From positions 248,001 through 312,000 of the forward strand of contig NW_003314318.1 in the NCBI RefSeq assembly GCF_000143415.4: 64,000 bases of DNA. The letters run 5' to 3'. A program made the translations under genes and the position numbers. The DNA is from Selaginella moellendorffii. Lineage: Eukaryota; Plantae; Lycopodiophyta. This document shows positions 53,116 to 64,000 of this stretch, piece by piece (position 1 is the first letter of the stretch; each line of letters opens with the position of its first letter). The notes under the pieces are model-generated. The model was not told the DNA's origin. It made no database searches and saw nothing but the letters and a program-made list of their open reading frames with translations.

Positions 53116-53569
53116 ATATTTTAAACTAGTGCTTTATATAAAAATATTTTAAAATGTGTATTTTAATTTTTGTGACTGTTGCATTTGCATTTCAGTAGTT
53201 TTTAGGTTGTTTTAAGCTTTAAGTATGCATTTTAAAACATTTTCATTCCCGCCTGCATAGGTTTGTGTGGTAAAAATTTAATGTAAAACACTAGTGACTT
53301 CGCACCTGACTTACTTTAAAATGTCTTCAAAATAGCATTTGAACATGTTTTAAAATATTTTAAAATTTCAAATTCAAATCAAATTCAAAATGCTAACCCT
53401 AAATTTCAATTTCAAATTTCAAATATTAAACTTGAACATAGCAATCACACAGTTCTACGATGGCACAAACATAGGAAGTCAGTTAGGTTCTCTTGGACCT
53501 CCTGTGCATCCTCCGGCCCATGCAAGTCTTCCTATGGTTCTCCCTCAGCCACAACAGAATCCCCATAAT

Positions 53570-54226
53570 CTTAAAAAATCTCTTGGGGATAAATGGGGAT
53601 AAAATAGCCATTAAAGGGCTCTCTCATCAAACAATTACTTTTTTTCTAATTGGCTTAAGGGGAGAGAGATAAGGTGTGTTACAGTTGGTATCGGAGCAAA
53701 TGGCACGAGTTCGATTCTCATTGATTAGTACCTTAAAAATATAATATATTTTGAACAAGGTATTGTACATATTGCCCTTGAGCAAGGTATTGCATACATC
53801 CTTCCTCTTGTGTAGGCTCAGTAGGGGTTGCTAGTTATTGTATGTATTGGGCAATGTGTACGTCCTTCCTCTTGTGAGCTTGTATTGTATGTATTGGGCA
53901 ATGCGTACGTCCTTCCTCTTGTGTAGGCTTAGTAAGAGTTGCTAGTTAATAGTTAATAAGGACATTAACATCTCTGAAGGGGGNNNNNNNNNNNNNNNNN
54001 NNNNNNNNNNNNNNNNNNNNNNNNNNNNNNNNNNNNNNNNNNNNNNNNNNNNNNNNNNNNNNNNNNNNNNNNNNNNNNNNNNNGGGGGGGGGGGGTGAGT
54101 GTAGCGCATGTAATCACTGTGGATTTTTAGAACCTTGGGGAATAAATGGGCATAAAATAGCTATTAAGGGCTCTGTCATGCCCCTTTTCCAGTTTGTTTA
54201 AGAGGAGAGAGATAATGTGTGTTATA
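53570..54226 (+). mobile_element. Small-LTR element (TRIM-like) spanning an assembly gap; related solo LTR at ~52572-52690 (minus)
   Basis: 5' LTR ends GTGTTACA at 53683, then PBS TGGTATCGGAGC; G-rich PPT precedes the 3' LTR 54100-54226. True length is unknown because of the gap. Confidence 0.7.
53984..54083. other. Assembly gap (100 N)
   Basis: Run of N. Confidence 1.
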
Positions 54227-55060
54227 TGCTACCAATTTGCTTTTTGAAACTGTTGTATGACATTAAATTTAGCAGAAACAAAACTTTTTATTTGTTCTTT
54301 TTTAGATACAACGTCCATTCTGAGTTCATCGTCAAGCTCAGGTGGTTTAGAGGAAGGAGGAGAAGCTGTTTTTAGTGAATCAGAGTATGTGGAGTTCAAG
54401 GACAATGTTAGGGATGATGCTATTGCTCATATGGTGGAAGAATTGTCATTAGATGGAGATCAAGATGCAAAGAAGCTTATTTTCAGCCTTAAGGAGATAT
54501 TTGGTTTCAGCCATATCCCACTAAAGAAGCAATCTTGAATTCTGAATAAAGAAGAACAGTATTTTTATGTACTACAAGCAATGCTTCAGTGAGGGATGCA
54601 AGTCATCCAACTTCCCAACTTCAACAATTTCAAGCAATACACTGTTATAACCTTGCACTAAATAACAAAGACAAAGAGGTTTAGCCTTGCCTCTTGAGGT
54701 TTTTTTAATTATTCCACATATAGTTGGGTTAATAAATAGTGATTAAAAGTCTCTTGTTGCAAATTTTGCAACTTTTTAGTATTTAACTTACCATTAAAAG
54801 AAGATTAACCATTCTTCTTGCTTTGTTACTTACTCTTCAATTGTGAATTCTTTGTTCTTGAGTTGTTTCAGCTTCGAGGCCGCCATGTCCATGGCTTCTG
54901 GGTGAACCTTGTTGTTGCCCTTGCGCGCCTTTTTTGGTCAAAAGAGAGACCACAAACCCATAGCTTGCCCTTTGCAAAATAACCCTTACTAAATCTATTT
55001 CACATGAATGTCTTTGTTTAATTTAGTCCCATAGTCTCTCTCAAAAACAATTACAGAATT

Positions 55061-55790
55061 TTAGGGTGATACCAGGCCGGTTGGCTTTAGTAAAGGATTC
55101 CTTCGATTTGGAGCAGCCACAATGCCACCAGAAGGCATGGGCTGAAAAACAGTGATGAAAGGGCTGAAGCTGGAAGTCAGTAAAACTTCTTCGAGTGTGT
55201 TGGCTCCACTCACGCACGTCTGCATATCAACAGAGTCTTTGAAGTAGTTAAAGGTGACTTGAGGATTATCATCAGCATTCAGAGTTAAAAGTCGGATCTC
55301 TCCACTTGAACGAGGCTTAGCGACCTTCTGCGTGACCACAACGATTGGACTCTTCTGCGGACTGCTTAACCCTTCGAAGTATGTTCCAGATGGATCGATC
55401 CCCACACTTTGAATGAGGGAAACTTCAACTGGGGATGGTGAGCTGATGTAGACTCTGGTGGATGGATTTTCAACTATGTGTTTTCCAACATCGGGGGAAT
55501 CTGCAACCACTTTGATTTTCTTAGCTTGAAGGTGGTCTCTGGGGCCAATTCCACTAAGCATGAGCAGCTGAGGAGTGCCTATTGCACCTGCTGTGAGTAT
55601 CACTTCACTTTTGGATGAATTCTGGAGAAGAACAGTATACGTTTTCCCAGATAAACGGCCTGTGACTTGAACACCTACAGCTCTTGGAGTACCAGAACCT
55701 ATTTAAGAGAAACGAAAACACGTCAAACTTATAAAAACTGAATAATTCTCAAAGCTCAGACACCTCGGACTTGCAGGAATCAACTCACAG
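55061..55790 (-). pseudogene. Internal fragment of a GMC oxidoreductase (HOTHEAD / mandelonitrile lyase-like)
   Basis: EVILTAGAIGTPQLLMLSGIGP..VGKHIVENP..SSGEIRL..DDNPQVTFNYF. One intron retained (~55698-55763); FAD-binding N-terminus and catalytic-His C-terminus not seen. Confidence 0.85.
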
Positions 55791-57437
55791 GCTCCATCCC
55801 GGAAGATGTTTGCACGCTAATTATCTAGACTTAAGTAGAAACCAGCTCCATGGACTCCTTCAATCTGGCCTCGAGAATTTGAGAGTGCTTGGCCTCGGAT
55901 CCAGCTATGGAGCCAGATACCAGCTGAGATTAGACAACTTTCTAGCCTACACCAGCACAAGTTTGCTAGACGGAAGAAAACAAAGAAATGAGATTATAGC
56001 TGTGGTAAGTCAATAGTGTTTATGCATTTTGTTTGTTGGTGAATGTCTACCATTGAATTCATGAGGTAAATGCTCTCTATCATTCTCCTTAAAGCTTATC
56101 CTCCAAATAGCTTTCTGTCATGCAGGAAAATGTCAAGTCAGTTTGTTCATGTTAGCATACATGTTTTTGCCACTGTGAAGGCCATTAGAACTTGTTCTAA
56201 TTTAGATTTTTCATTATAACACAGTTAATCAGGTGAGTAAGTTTTTCAATATAGTCCTTCATTGTTTTGTTGAAAATATCAAAGTTCCATATGATCATTC
56301 TTCAAGATAATGGAATTGTGTATTCATTGTGAAGTAGGTTGCTTGCAAGCAAGTATGAGCAAGGTTGTCTGTTGCCATTTCTTGTCTGATGCTCCATGTT
56401 ATGATGAGGGGCAATAAAAGCAACCTCAAACTCATCTATGATAGACATTAATAGTTTTTTATTCGCAATGCATATAAGACTCTTTAAGCCAATTCCACTA
56501 TCAAAGACTTACATTATGTAAAACCATTGGAATAATCATTAAAATCTTTGCATCTAAGGTTCTTTTAGCAACCAAGAAATTCTTCACAATAATAATTAAA
56601 TTAGACACTTGTCCACACTACCATCACCCAAAAATGTAGTGTTTTGAGTTGATTTATCAAAGAAGTTTACTTGGAGCATATATCATAGCCATTATACCAT
56701 CCATCTCTTTTTGCATTTCCTCTTGCATTTTTTATTGATTTTTATTGAGGGGTTGCAACTCATGAATAACAATCTACATTGAGTTATTCTTCTTTATGAC
56801 AAAAATTGTTGCACCAAATAAAGACTTACTTAGCTAAATAAATCCAAACTTAATTAGCTTTTTTGATTTATTGTTGAATTTTTTGCTTACCTTGGTAGAT
56901 TTGCCTCATTCCTAGCTCTAGTATAATTTTATATTCTACATCTTGTAATGGAAGAATGAGGAAATTCAGATAGAAAGACATTGGCAAACTCTTTAAATTT
57001 GGTGCATTCGAGCACTATGCTGCCACTGTAGCGCTGCTAACACCTCTACTGCCTAAGAACGTGAAGAGCACACCGCCATCACCACCACATTGCAAAATCC
57101 CGGGACACTTTCCATGGATGGATGTGGTATCATCATCATCCATCGCAACATGGTAACCTATGCTCATATCACATCTTGCATTACTGTCTTTCCTCCTACA
57201 TGTGCTTTGTTCCCCTTAAGTCACGAATAAATAATAAGTAAGTGCAGTTCTATAACAAAAAACCCACTTCAAATATATAGCAAAGAGTATAACAATTGGA
57301 GGTTGAACTCCATCTTGAAATCATATATCCTTGATGCTACCGTACTATAGTGAGACATGTTTAATGCTCTACTTTATTTCCGGATCCACCTTCACCAACC
57401 ATAGCATTCTAAAAATGAGATCCACATAATAGATATC

Positions 57438-58559
57438 TATTGTGAATGTGATTTCGGTATCAAAAGTTACTTGTCGGCCAATTCTTACAGACACTCTTTC
57501 TTTACTGCCACGACGGCAGGAGGTCGGTATTGTTAGACCCTTTATTAGTCCCTATTGTGCTAGTGGAGTTAATTGGGCATTTCGAGTGTACTTAGACTAG
57601 ACGAGCATAAGGACAGAATTTCTATGTGTTATTAGCTAAGCATATTTAGCATAGTAAGGAGTTCCCGTTTCATTATATCTTGCATTGGCTAGTGACAAGA
57701 ACCCTCATATATTGAGACTAGTCCTTCAATATTGCTAGATGATAGCTTACCGTGTTTACTAAACACCCTCACTATCATGCACTTTGTGTTAGTCTCACTT
57801 CGGTCTTAAATGCTATTTATGGAGAGTGTCTAGATTTACTCATTTGGTATATCTATAGAATGTAGAGATTGTCTTGAACACAATGGTGTTCATCCCATGT
57901 CCAATTTCGCAATTTAAGGATATTCCATATTTAGTAAGTTTCAAGCTTGTCCCAGAGACTAACTCTTGGTACTAAGGGAGGCTTGGGGTGAAAGCCCAAA
58001 GTGTCTGTTCCTCAATAAACAATGGGGGGGAGGGGATATGGGGGGTTCCAAATGGATAGGTTGGGCATGGCTAACTAACGTGAGGTATAGCTAGCTTTTG
58101 CTTGCGTGTTTGCCCTTGTTTTGTGTCCAGTTTGGGTTTAAGCTCAAGTTCCACACCATGCTAGCTAGTGGAGTATTCATATCCTTGCATTAGGCCACTG
58201 ATATGTCGAAATAGCACTAGACTCCATTTGGCTTTGTTTTGCATGTTGGTACTTGCATTAGGATATTGAATGCTCTAGGACTATTCCATGTCACTCTGTG
58301 CTACTATCCCTTCGCTCCTTAGGCTATATGCTTAGGAATTGCTCTGTGGTCCTATTCTGCAGCTCCTTGGCTCCATGCTTAGGAGTTTGGCTCTGTACCT
58401 TCATTCAATGGCCCAAGGCCTTGAAACTTGGGTTTCACACCACTGTCCTTGGATACGTGGCATGTGTCACGTGGCATAAAGAGGGTTTATGTTCCTCTTC
58501 GTGGTGTTATCTTATGGTAAATCATCATAGGATAAAGGGTCAAAACCACATACGCTACA
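57438..58559 (+). repeat. Older solo LTR of family E, opposite orientation
   Basis: Colinear with the reverse complement of 35529-36660; TSD ATATC at 57433-57437 and 58560-58564. Confidence 0.92.
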
Positions 58560-58899
58560 ATATCCAAAAAATAAAAAGTATTTAAGAATATGGTTTTGCC
58601 AAAGAACACTTATAGCCCTATAACACAAGTATTAAAATATTATGTAGAAGTAGTTACACCTTCTACTATGTATGGAAAAACTCTACACTATACTCTTTAA
58701 TAAACTTTACTAAAACAAAGTTGTTATCCTTCCCATTGTCTAATAAAATCACACTACATTGCCATAGAATACACTTTTTAGCATTGAATCTTGTGGAGTA
58801 ATAATAATCTATATATGAGTAAAAGTTGTTTTCCATTATAAGCAAGAGTTATGGTCGTATGTATTTGCTATAGATAGAAGAAAATATAGGAGTTGATTA

Positions 58900-60577
58900 G
58901 CAGCAATTTTTATTGAAGGGATTTGAAGCTTGATATTCTCAACTATTGTAAGTTATACAAACTTTATTAGCAGGTAAATAGGAAAAGTTAGGGGCTTTTG
59001 TAACATTTATCTATTCCTCAAAGCCATTAATGTAGTATTTTTATGAACTTCATCACTTATTTGCCACAAATACATGGGTTATAGTGGATCAATTAATAAA
59101 GTATATGCAGTCATTGGTTCTTCAAAAAACTTTCACTACCTAAAACTTGGCTATAGTTTATTTGGAGGTTTTTTCTAATTTTAATTTGTTAAAGGATATT
59201 GTCAGCGATTGAAACTCAAAGTTCACTAGTGGATTTTGGAAGAGCTTTGTGAAGGCTTGGTAGAGGATATACTATACTATAGCATTAACTAAAGACAAGG
59301 ATAATGGAATTTATATATTTCATTAGTGCACTTATAATAATAGTCAGCATAATGGAACCAAGCTAAGGCTTTACTTTACCATTTTTAAAAGGCATTCTCA
59401 AATAGCATTGCATTTAAGCAAGGATGTTTAGGATAAATTTGATTTAGAGGCAATTAATCAAGCCATAAAACTTGATAAGATTTTGGTGGTATTTAAGTAT
59501 AGGGTAAAGAAGTTTGGTGCCACTTCTAGGAATATAAATGTAAGAAACCAAAGGGAATGACTTGAGAGACAATCCGTTGGGGTTCAAATATAGAGGGAAA
59601 GGGCCCATGAATAAGAGTGCACCCCCTTTTTCAATCAATTAAGGGTCTTGAGATATTTAGGGTTAAATGTCCTTGAGTGTGAATAGTACTGGGTTGGGTG
59701 ACCTCCCGAAAAGTCTAAACTCACAAGCTTACATTTGGTATATTAGAGGGTCCAACTTGGGTCCAACTCTATTAGTTGGCTAAGGGAATCACACCACATA
59801 TTGATTGACATTTGGCTGGTCTAGTTTACTCTTGTTCTAGTTTACTCTTGTTGGGCTCGACCGAGGGGTAGGGTGTCAAGAACCACATATTGATTGACAT
59901 TTGGCTGGTCTAGTTTACTCCCGCTGGGCTCGACTTGAGGGGAAGGGTGTCAAGAAAGCGGGGCTCTCGGGAAAGTTGCGGCTCTCAACTTCTGTTCACG
60001 AGGGCGTGAACTTGTAGGAAAGTATGATGGATTGTAAGCAACCAAAGGGAATGATTTGAGAGACAATCTGTTGGGATTCAAATATAAAGGGAAAGGGCTC
60101 ATGAATAAAAATGCACCCCTTTTTCCAATCGGTTAAGGGTCTTGGGATATTTGGGGTTAAACATCTTTAGGTGTGAATAGTACTGGGTTGGATGACCTCC
60201 CGGGAAGTCCAAACTCAAGAGTTTATAATAAAGTGGAAGATTTTATTTTTATGCAAGTGATTTTTTTGTCAAGTCACCAATAGAACATTTTAGTGCTTTT
60301 GTGGAGTGATAAACTTTCTCATAGATATACTAGTTTATATGAAATGTCAAGGTATATAGGTAAGATGGCTTATCAATTGCAATTGCCAGCTAAGGTGAAA
60401 ATTCATTTGGCATTTTATGTCAACCAATTGAAAGGTGAATTGTTTTAAAGTGAAGAGTTTGATATATACAATTGTGGATGCTAGACCAGGAGCTTCTATA
60501 GTGTTCTTCAAAAAAAGTGATTACCTATAGAACTCATTATTGGGATAAAGACTTTATTTGGTGGGAGGAAGAATTGG
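58900..60577 (+). pseudogene. Eroded Ty3/gypsy integrase 3' end, host of the first Cassandra-like TRIM
   Basis: DIVSD*NSKFTSGFWKSF at ~59195; KLSHRY..IGKMAYQLQLPAKVKIH at ~60310-60410; PPT-like GGGAGGAAGAA near 60565. Confidence 0.7.
59539..60227 (+). mobile_element. Complete Cassandra-like TRIM (689 bp) with 5S rRNA-derived LTR segments
   Basis: LTRs 59539-59733 and 60033-60227 (195 bp each), TSD ATAAA, PBS-like TGGTATATTAGAG, purine-rich tract before the 3' LTR, 5S-like core AATAGTACTGGGTTGG(G/A)TGACCTCCCGGGAAGTCC. Confidence 0.92.
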
Positions 60578-60992
60578 TAGGCACAAACTTTAACCATATT
60601 TAAGTTGATCTTAATAAATTTATGGCTGTTTCAAAGTTTTTTACTTTGAAGTGTGTGAACAATATACATTACTGCAAATATTATTGAAGTTGTCAACATC
60701 ATCTTTCATCTTCTCTGAAGACTATGAAAGAGCATTTATGAATCTCAAATAATTATTAACATATGCATGGATGCTTTTAATATTATGTTGATGCAAGAGC
60801 ATAAGTGTATTTAGTTAGTGTTATCCTATGTCATATGTACATTGCAATTAGTAGAGGTGAACTATTCCATGACAAAAGAATATTTAGCAGTAATTTAGAG
60901 TTTCAAGAAGTTTGATTCATACTTGCATGGTTTTTGAACATTGCTAGAAGGTGATCATTATTGAAGCAGAAGAATTTAGTTGGTCGTATTGT

Positions 60993-62537
60993 TTAGCAAG
61001 CTTTAAAGTTCTCCCATGCTTTGAACTCGGCATTGATGTTTGTCTCACCAACATCAATCAAGAAGTTGTGCAAGATGCAACAACTTTTGATGATGTTCGG
61101 CAAGTACTTTGGCTTGATCCTTTGTTTTTGATCCAAACATTTGAATTTTATTTTCAAGAGTCCAAATGCTTGTTCAATAACAATCCGGGCTAGATGGTGT
61201 TGCTGGTTGTACTCCGCCTCAATCATCGTCAATTGGGAACCTGTTTCAAATGAATAATTGAAAAAAAAAAACAATCAGCTTACCTAAGTGAGGGACCATC
61301 AAGTGCTACTACAGCTGGTAGCCCTTGTCTCTCACCAGATATGGCTCAATCCACTCGTCAAAAGCAAACCCTTGAGGAACTATAAATAATTCCCTTGCTT
61401 GGATCTTGTGGCATAGCCTGGAGTTCCAAAAAACCCTCATGTCATGAACACTCCCTAGGAAAAAAAAAACCAATTAGATGATAGAAGAAAAAAATTAAAA
61501 GTAATTACCTGGCCAGCCTACATAGATACTCAAGAATCTTTTCTAAGCATCGCAAACCCCCTGCAAGATCACCGAGTACCACTGCTTTCAATCAAGGAAG
61601 CCCTCACCATCTGGGCCAACTGGTTGGATAATCTCGAAATGTGTACAGTCGATTGCCCCAGCCACATTAGGGAGATGGGTATAACCTCCACTACTGTCTC
61701 CGGGAATCAAATCTTGTACTCGAGGCATTTGACAATTGCAGCAGTTGTCTACACCACAATATCATGTGTAGTGGCTCCCCCGATCCCAAACTTGTCAGAT
61801 AGGTCAGAGTAGTTGGTATTCTTGAACAACTTGTACAAGGTGACCCCCAAACGAACATCCACTGGCACCGCTCTCCTAAAATTTGTATCTTGCTTGCAGA
61901 TTTCAGCCTCCAAAATGCCACAAAGCCCGAAGAATGTCGTCTTCTCCATCCTCAACTTCTGCTTCCATTGACCAGGGTCATACAACTCCATGAAGAACTT
62001 TCTCCATGTTGTTATACACTGTGGCTTCACCCACCAGATACCGGTGTCAAGTCACTTGGACAAGACTACTCGACAAAGCTTGTCTTCGTCCTCCTCCTCA
62101 TCTGAAAGAATTTGTGCCACCAGGGTCTTATCATTGATAATGGATCGAAAAGCCTCCACGATGAGAAACAAAACTTGTAGAATAAACAAGATTACCTCAT
62201 TCCTCAATAAGGTATCGATGACTACTGCCTGATTGTTGAAAGAATCATGTTCCTCCCAATCTCTTTGGTTTTCCCCGGAAGCATCTTCTATTTCCTCGGG
62301 TTGAACTGTTATAAGATCCTGAAAAAAAAATGGTTAAAAAAAATCTAGAATATCAAGGGCTGGGTCACGTACTGTGTGACATACCGCGTTACATACTGCG
62401 GTACATTGAACTCGCACCATCTCCTCATCAAACCCTATAGCTCCTCCTTCCCCAAAATCGGCTGCTCCTCCTTCCTCCACCGAATCCCCAACATGATCTA
62501 ACCCTAGGGTGATGATTGCTATCGGCTCCCCCGCCAT
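60993..62537 (-). pseudogene. PIF/Harbinger DDE nuclease (HARBI1-like), intron-containing, with stops
   Basis: LRMEKTTFFGLC..RLGVTLYKL..DKFGIG, YSVILQGVCDA, GWP|GSVHD.RVF.NS, DKGY, YNQQH..ARIVIEQAFGLLKIKFKCL, SCCILHNF. Confidence 0.9.
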
Positions 62538-62941
62538 CAATGCTTGAGCTTGTGGCAATCCCAGCTCATGGCAAAAAACTGAAACACCCTAATTAGGGTG
62601 CTGGAATCTTTGGGGAATCTTGGAGATTCCTTTTAAAAATATTTTAAGTTTAAAAGAAACCCCCCCCATCTTTTAAAATCAATTTTTTTTTGGTCTAAAT
62701 GTTTTAAAAAGTGAAAACATTGTGTTAAAGTTAGCATTATGTGTGAATGAAAATGTTTTAAAAAAATATCCTAAATTTTAATGTAAAGTAATTTCCTTTA
62801 TTTTAAAACATAGTGCGAGTGTATTTTTCACTTAAATTTAACACATTTCAAGAATAAAGAGCAAATGCAAATGGCTCCAATGGATTATTCTTTAATTGAT
62901 AATAGCATGGCATAACAAAAGAAGGGAATAATGGATGGTTC

Positions 62942-63418
62942 TATAAACAACCAAAGAAAATGACTTGAGAGGCAATTTATAAGGGTTTTAAAATAAAAGT
63001 ATGGGCCCATGAATAAGAGTGCACCCTTTTTTCCAATCGGTTAAAGGTTTTGAGATATTTGGGTTTAAACGTCCTTGGGTTTGAATAGTACTAAGTTGGG
63101 TGACTTCTTGGGAAATCCAAACTTATGAATTTACATTTGGTATTAGAAGGGTCTCGAGTCTAACTTTATTGGGGAATCACACCACATGTTGATTAACATT
63201 TGGCAAGGGTTCAGTATGCTCTAGCTGAGCTTGATCCGAGGAGTAAGTGTAAGCAACCAAAGGGAACGACTCGAGAGACAATCCATGAGATTCAAATATA
63301 AAGGGAAAGGGCCCATGAATAAAAGTGCACCCCTTTTCCCAATCAGTTAAGGGTCTTGGGATATTTAGGGTTAAGTGTTCTTGGGTTTGAATAGTACTGG
63401 GCTGGGTGACCTCCCGAG
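62942..63418 (+). mobile_element. Second Cassandra-like TRIM; 3' LTR interrupted by a family A element
   Basis: 5' LTR 62942-63135, PBS-like TGGTATTAGA, 112-bp interior, 3' LTR from 63248 broken at 63418 just after GGGTGACCTCCCGAG. Confidence 0.9.
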
Positions 63419-64000
63419 TGTAAGGAACCAACTCGCCGAGGTGTCGTAGGCTAAAGGAACCCCGAAAGCATGACCAAAATGACAAAGAGTTCATCGGATG
63501 GGACCAAGTCGAAGATCGAGTCCAAGACCGACTCTAGGACCGAGTTCGAGATAGAGTCCGGAATCGAGTCCGAGACCGACTCGGGGACCGAGTTCGAGTC
63601 CGAAGTTCGAGACCGAGTTCGAGACGGAGTCCGAGATCCGAAATCGGGTTCGAGACCGAGTCCGAGGTGGAGTCCGAGGTCGGGTCCGAGATCGAGTCCG
63701 AGATCAAGTCCGAACCTGAATCCGAAGTCGGATCCAAAATCGGGTCCGAGATCGAGCTAGAGACTAAGTCCAAATACTAATACGGGTCAAGGGGTGAAAG
63801 CCCAAAGCGTGCGTCTCCTAGGGGGGGGAGGCTGCAGGGGGTTCCAAAAGTATAGTAGGGATAGTGAGGTCCAGGAACCAGTTTAGAAGGGACTCTCCAG
63901 TGGGGCTCCCAAACTGACTTGAGGTTGGGACTGGGACCGAGGGGCCTTGGGTGGGAGTGAGCATGGACTTGGTTGGTGCCGGAGGGGCCATCCAAGGAAG
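63419..64000 (+). mobile_element. Start of a family A Ty3/gypsy LTR (runs off the window)
   Basis: TGTAAGGAACCAACTCGC.GAGGTGTC.TAGGCTAAAGGAACCCCGAAAG matches the reverse complement of 2699 leftwards; 12-bp GAGTCCGAGATC-like array at ~63510-63760. Confidence 0.92.

Noticed and set aside
59662-63418. Functional 5S rRNA genes
   Set aside because: Only ~55 nt of the 5S internal region is present, each time inside an LTR with PBS/TSD context; the 5S 5' end is missing.

Overview
Eukaryotic land-plant nuclear DNA, not prokaryotic. The compact genes and 50-90 bp introns suggest a lycophyte such as Selaginella (inference). Layout: (1) 1-11.6 kb is a Ty3/gypsy nest, in which a chromovirus-type element sits inside a head-to-tail pair of tRNA-Ala-primed elements sharing one LTR. 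(2) 12.5-29.6 kb is a gene island: atypical thaumatin-like protein, RHIP1-like, NSI/SNAT-type GNAT acetyltransferase, an INDETERMINATE-DOMAIN zinc-finger factor with ~8 kb of gene-free upstream DNA, and a mitochondrial phosphate carrier. (3) 30-46.3 kb is a multi-layer LTR nest containing a very young non-coding LTR element. (4) 46.5-51.5 kb is the spliceosomal helicase Aquarius. (5) 52-64 kb is TE debris: a GMC oxidoreductase fragment, a solo LTR, a PIF/Harbinger nuclease pseudogene, and two Cassandra-like TRIMs whose 195-bp LTRs carry the 5S rRNA internal promoter. The most interesting signal is that these TRIMs share LTR termini (TGTAAG-N-AACCAA...GCTTACA) and a tRNA-iMet PBS with the chromovirus family in this window, and one copy of that family has inserted into a TRIM. 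This nominates a candidate autonomous helper. All alignments were read by eye and family motifs are recalled from memory; no searches were run.
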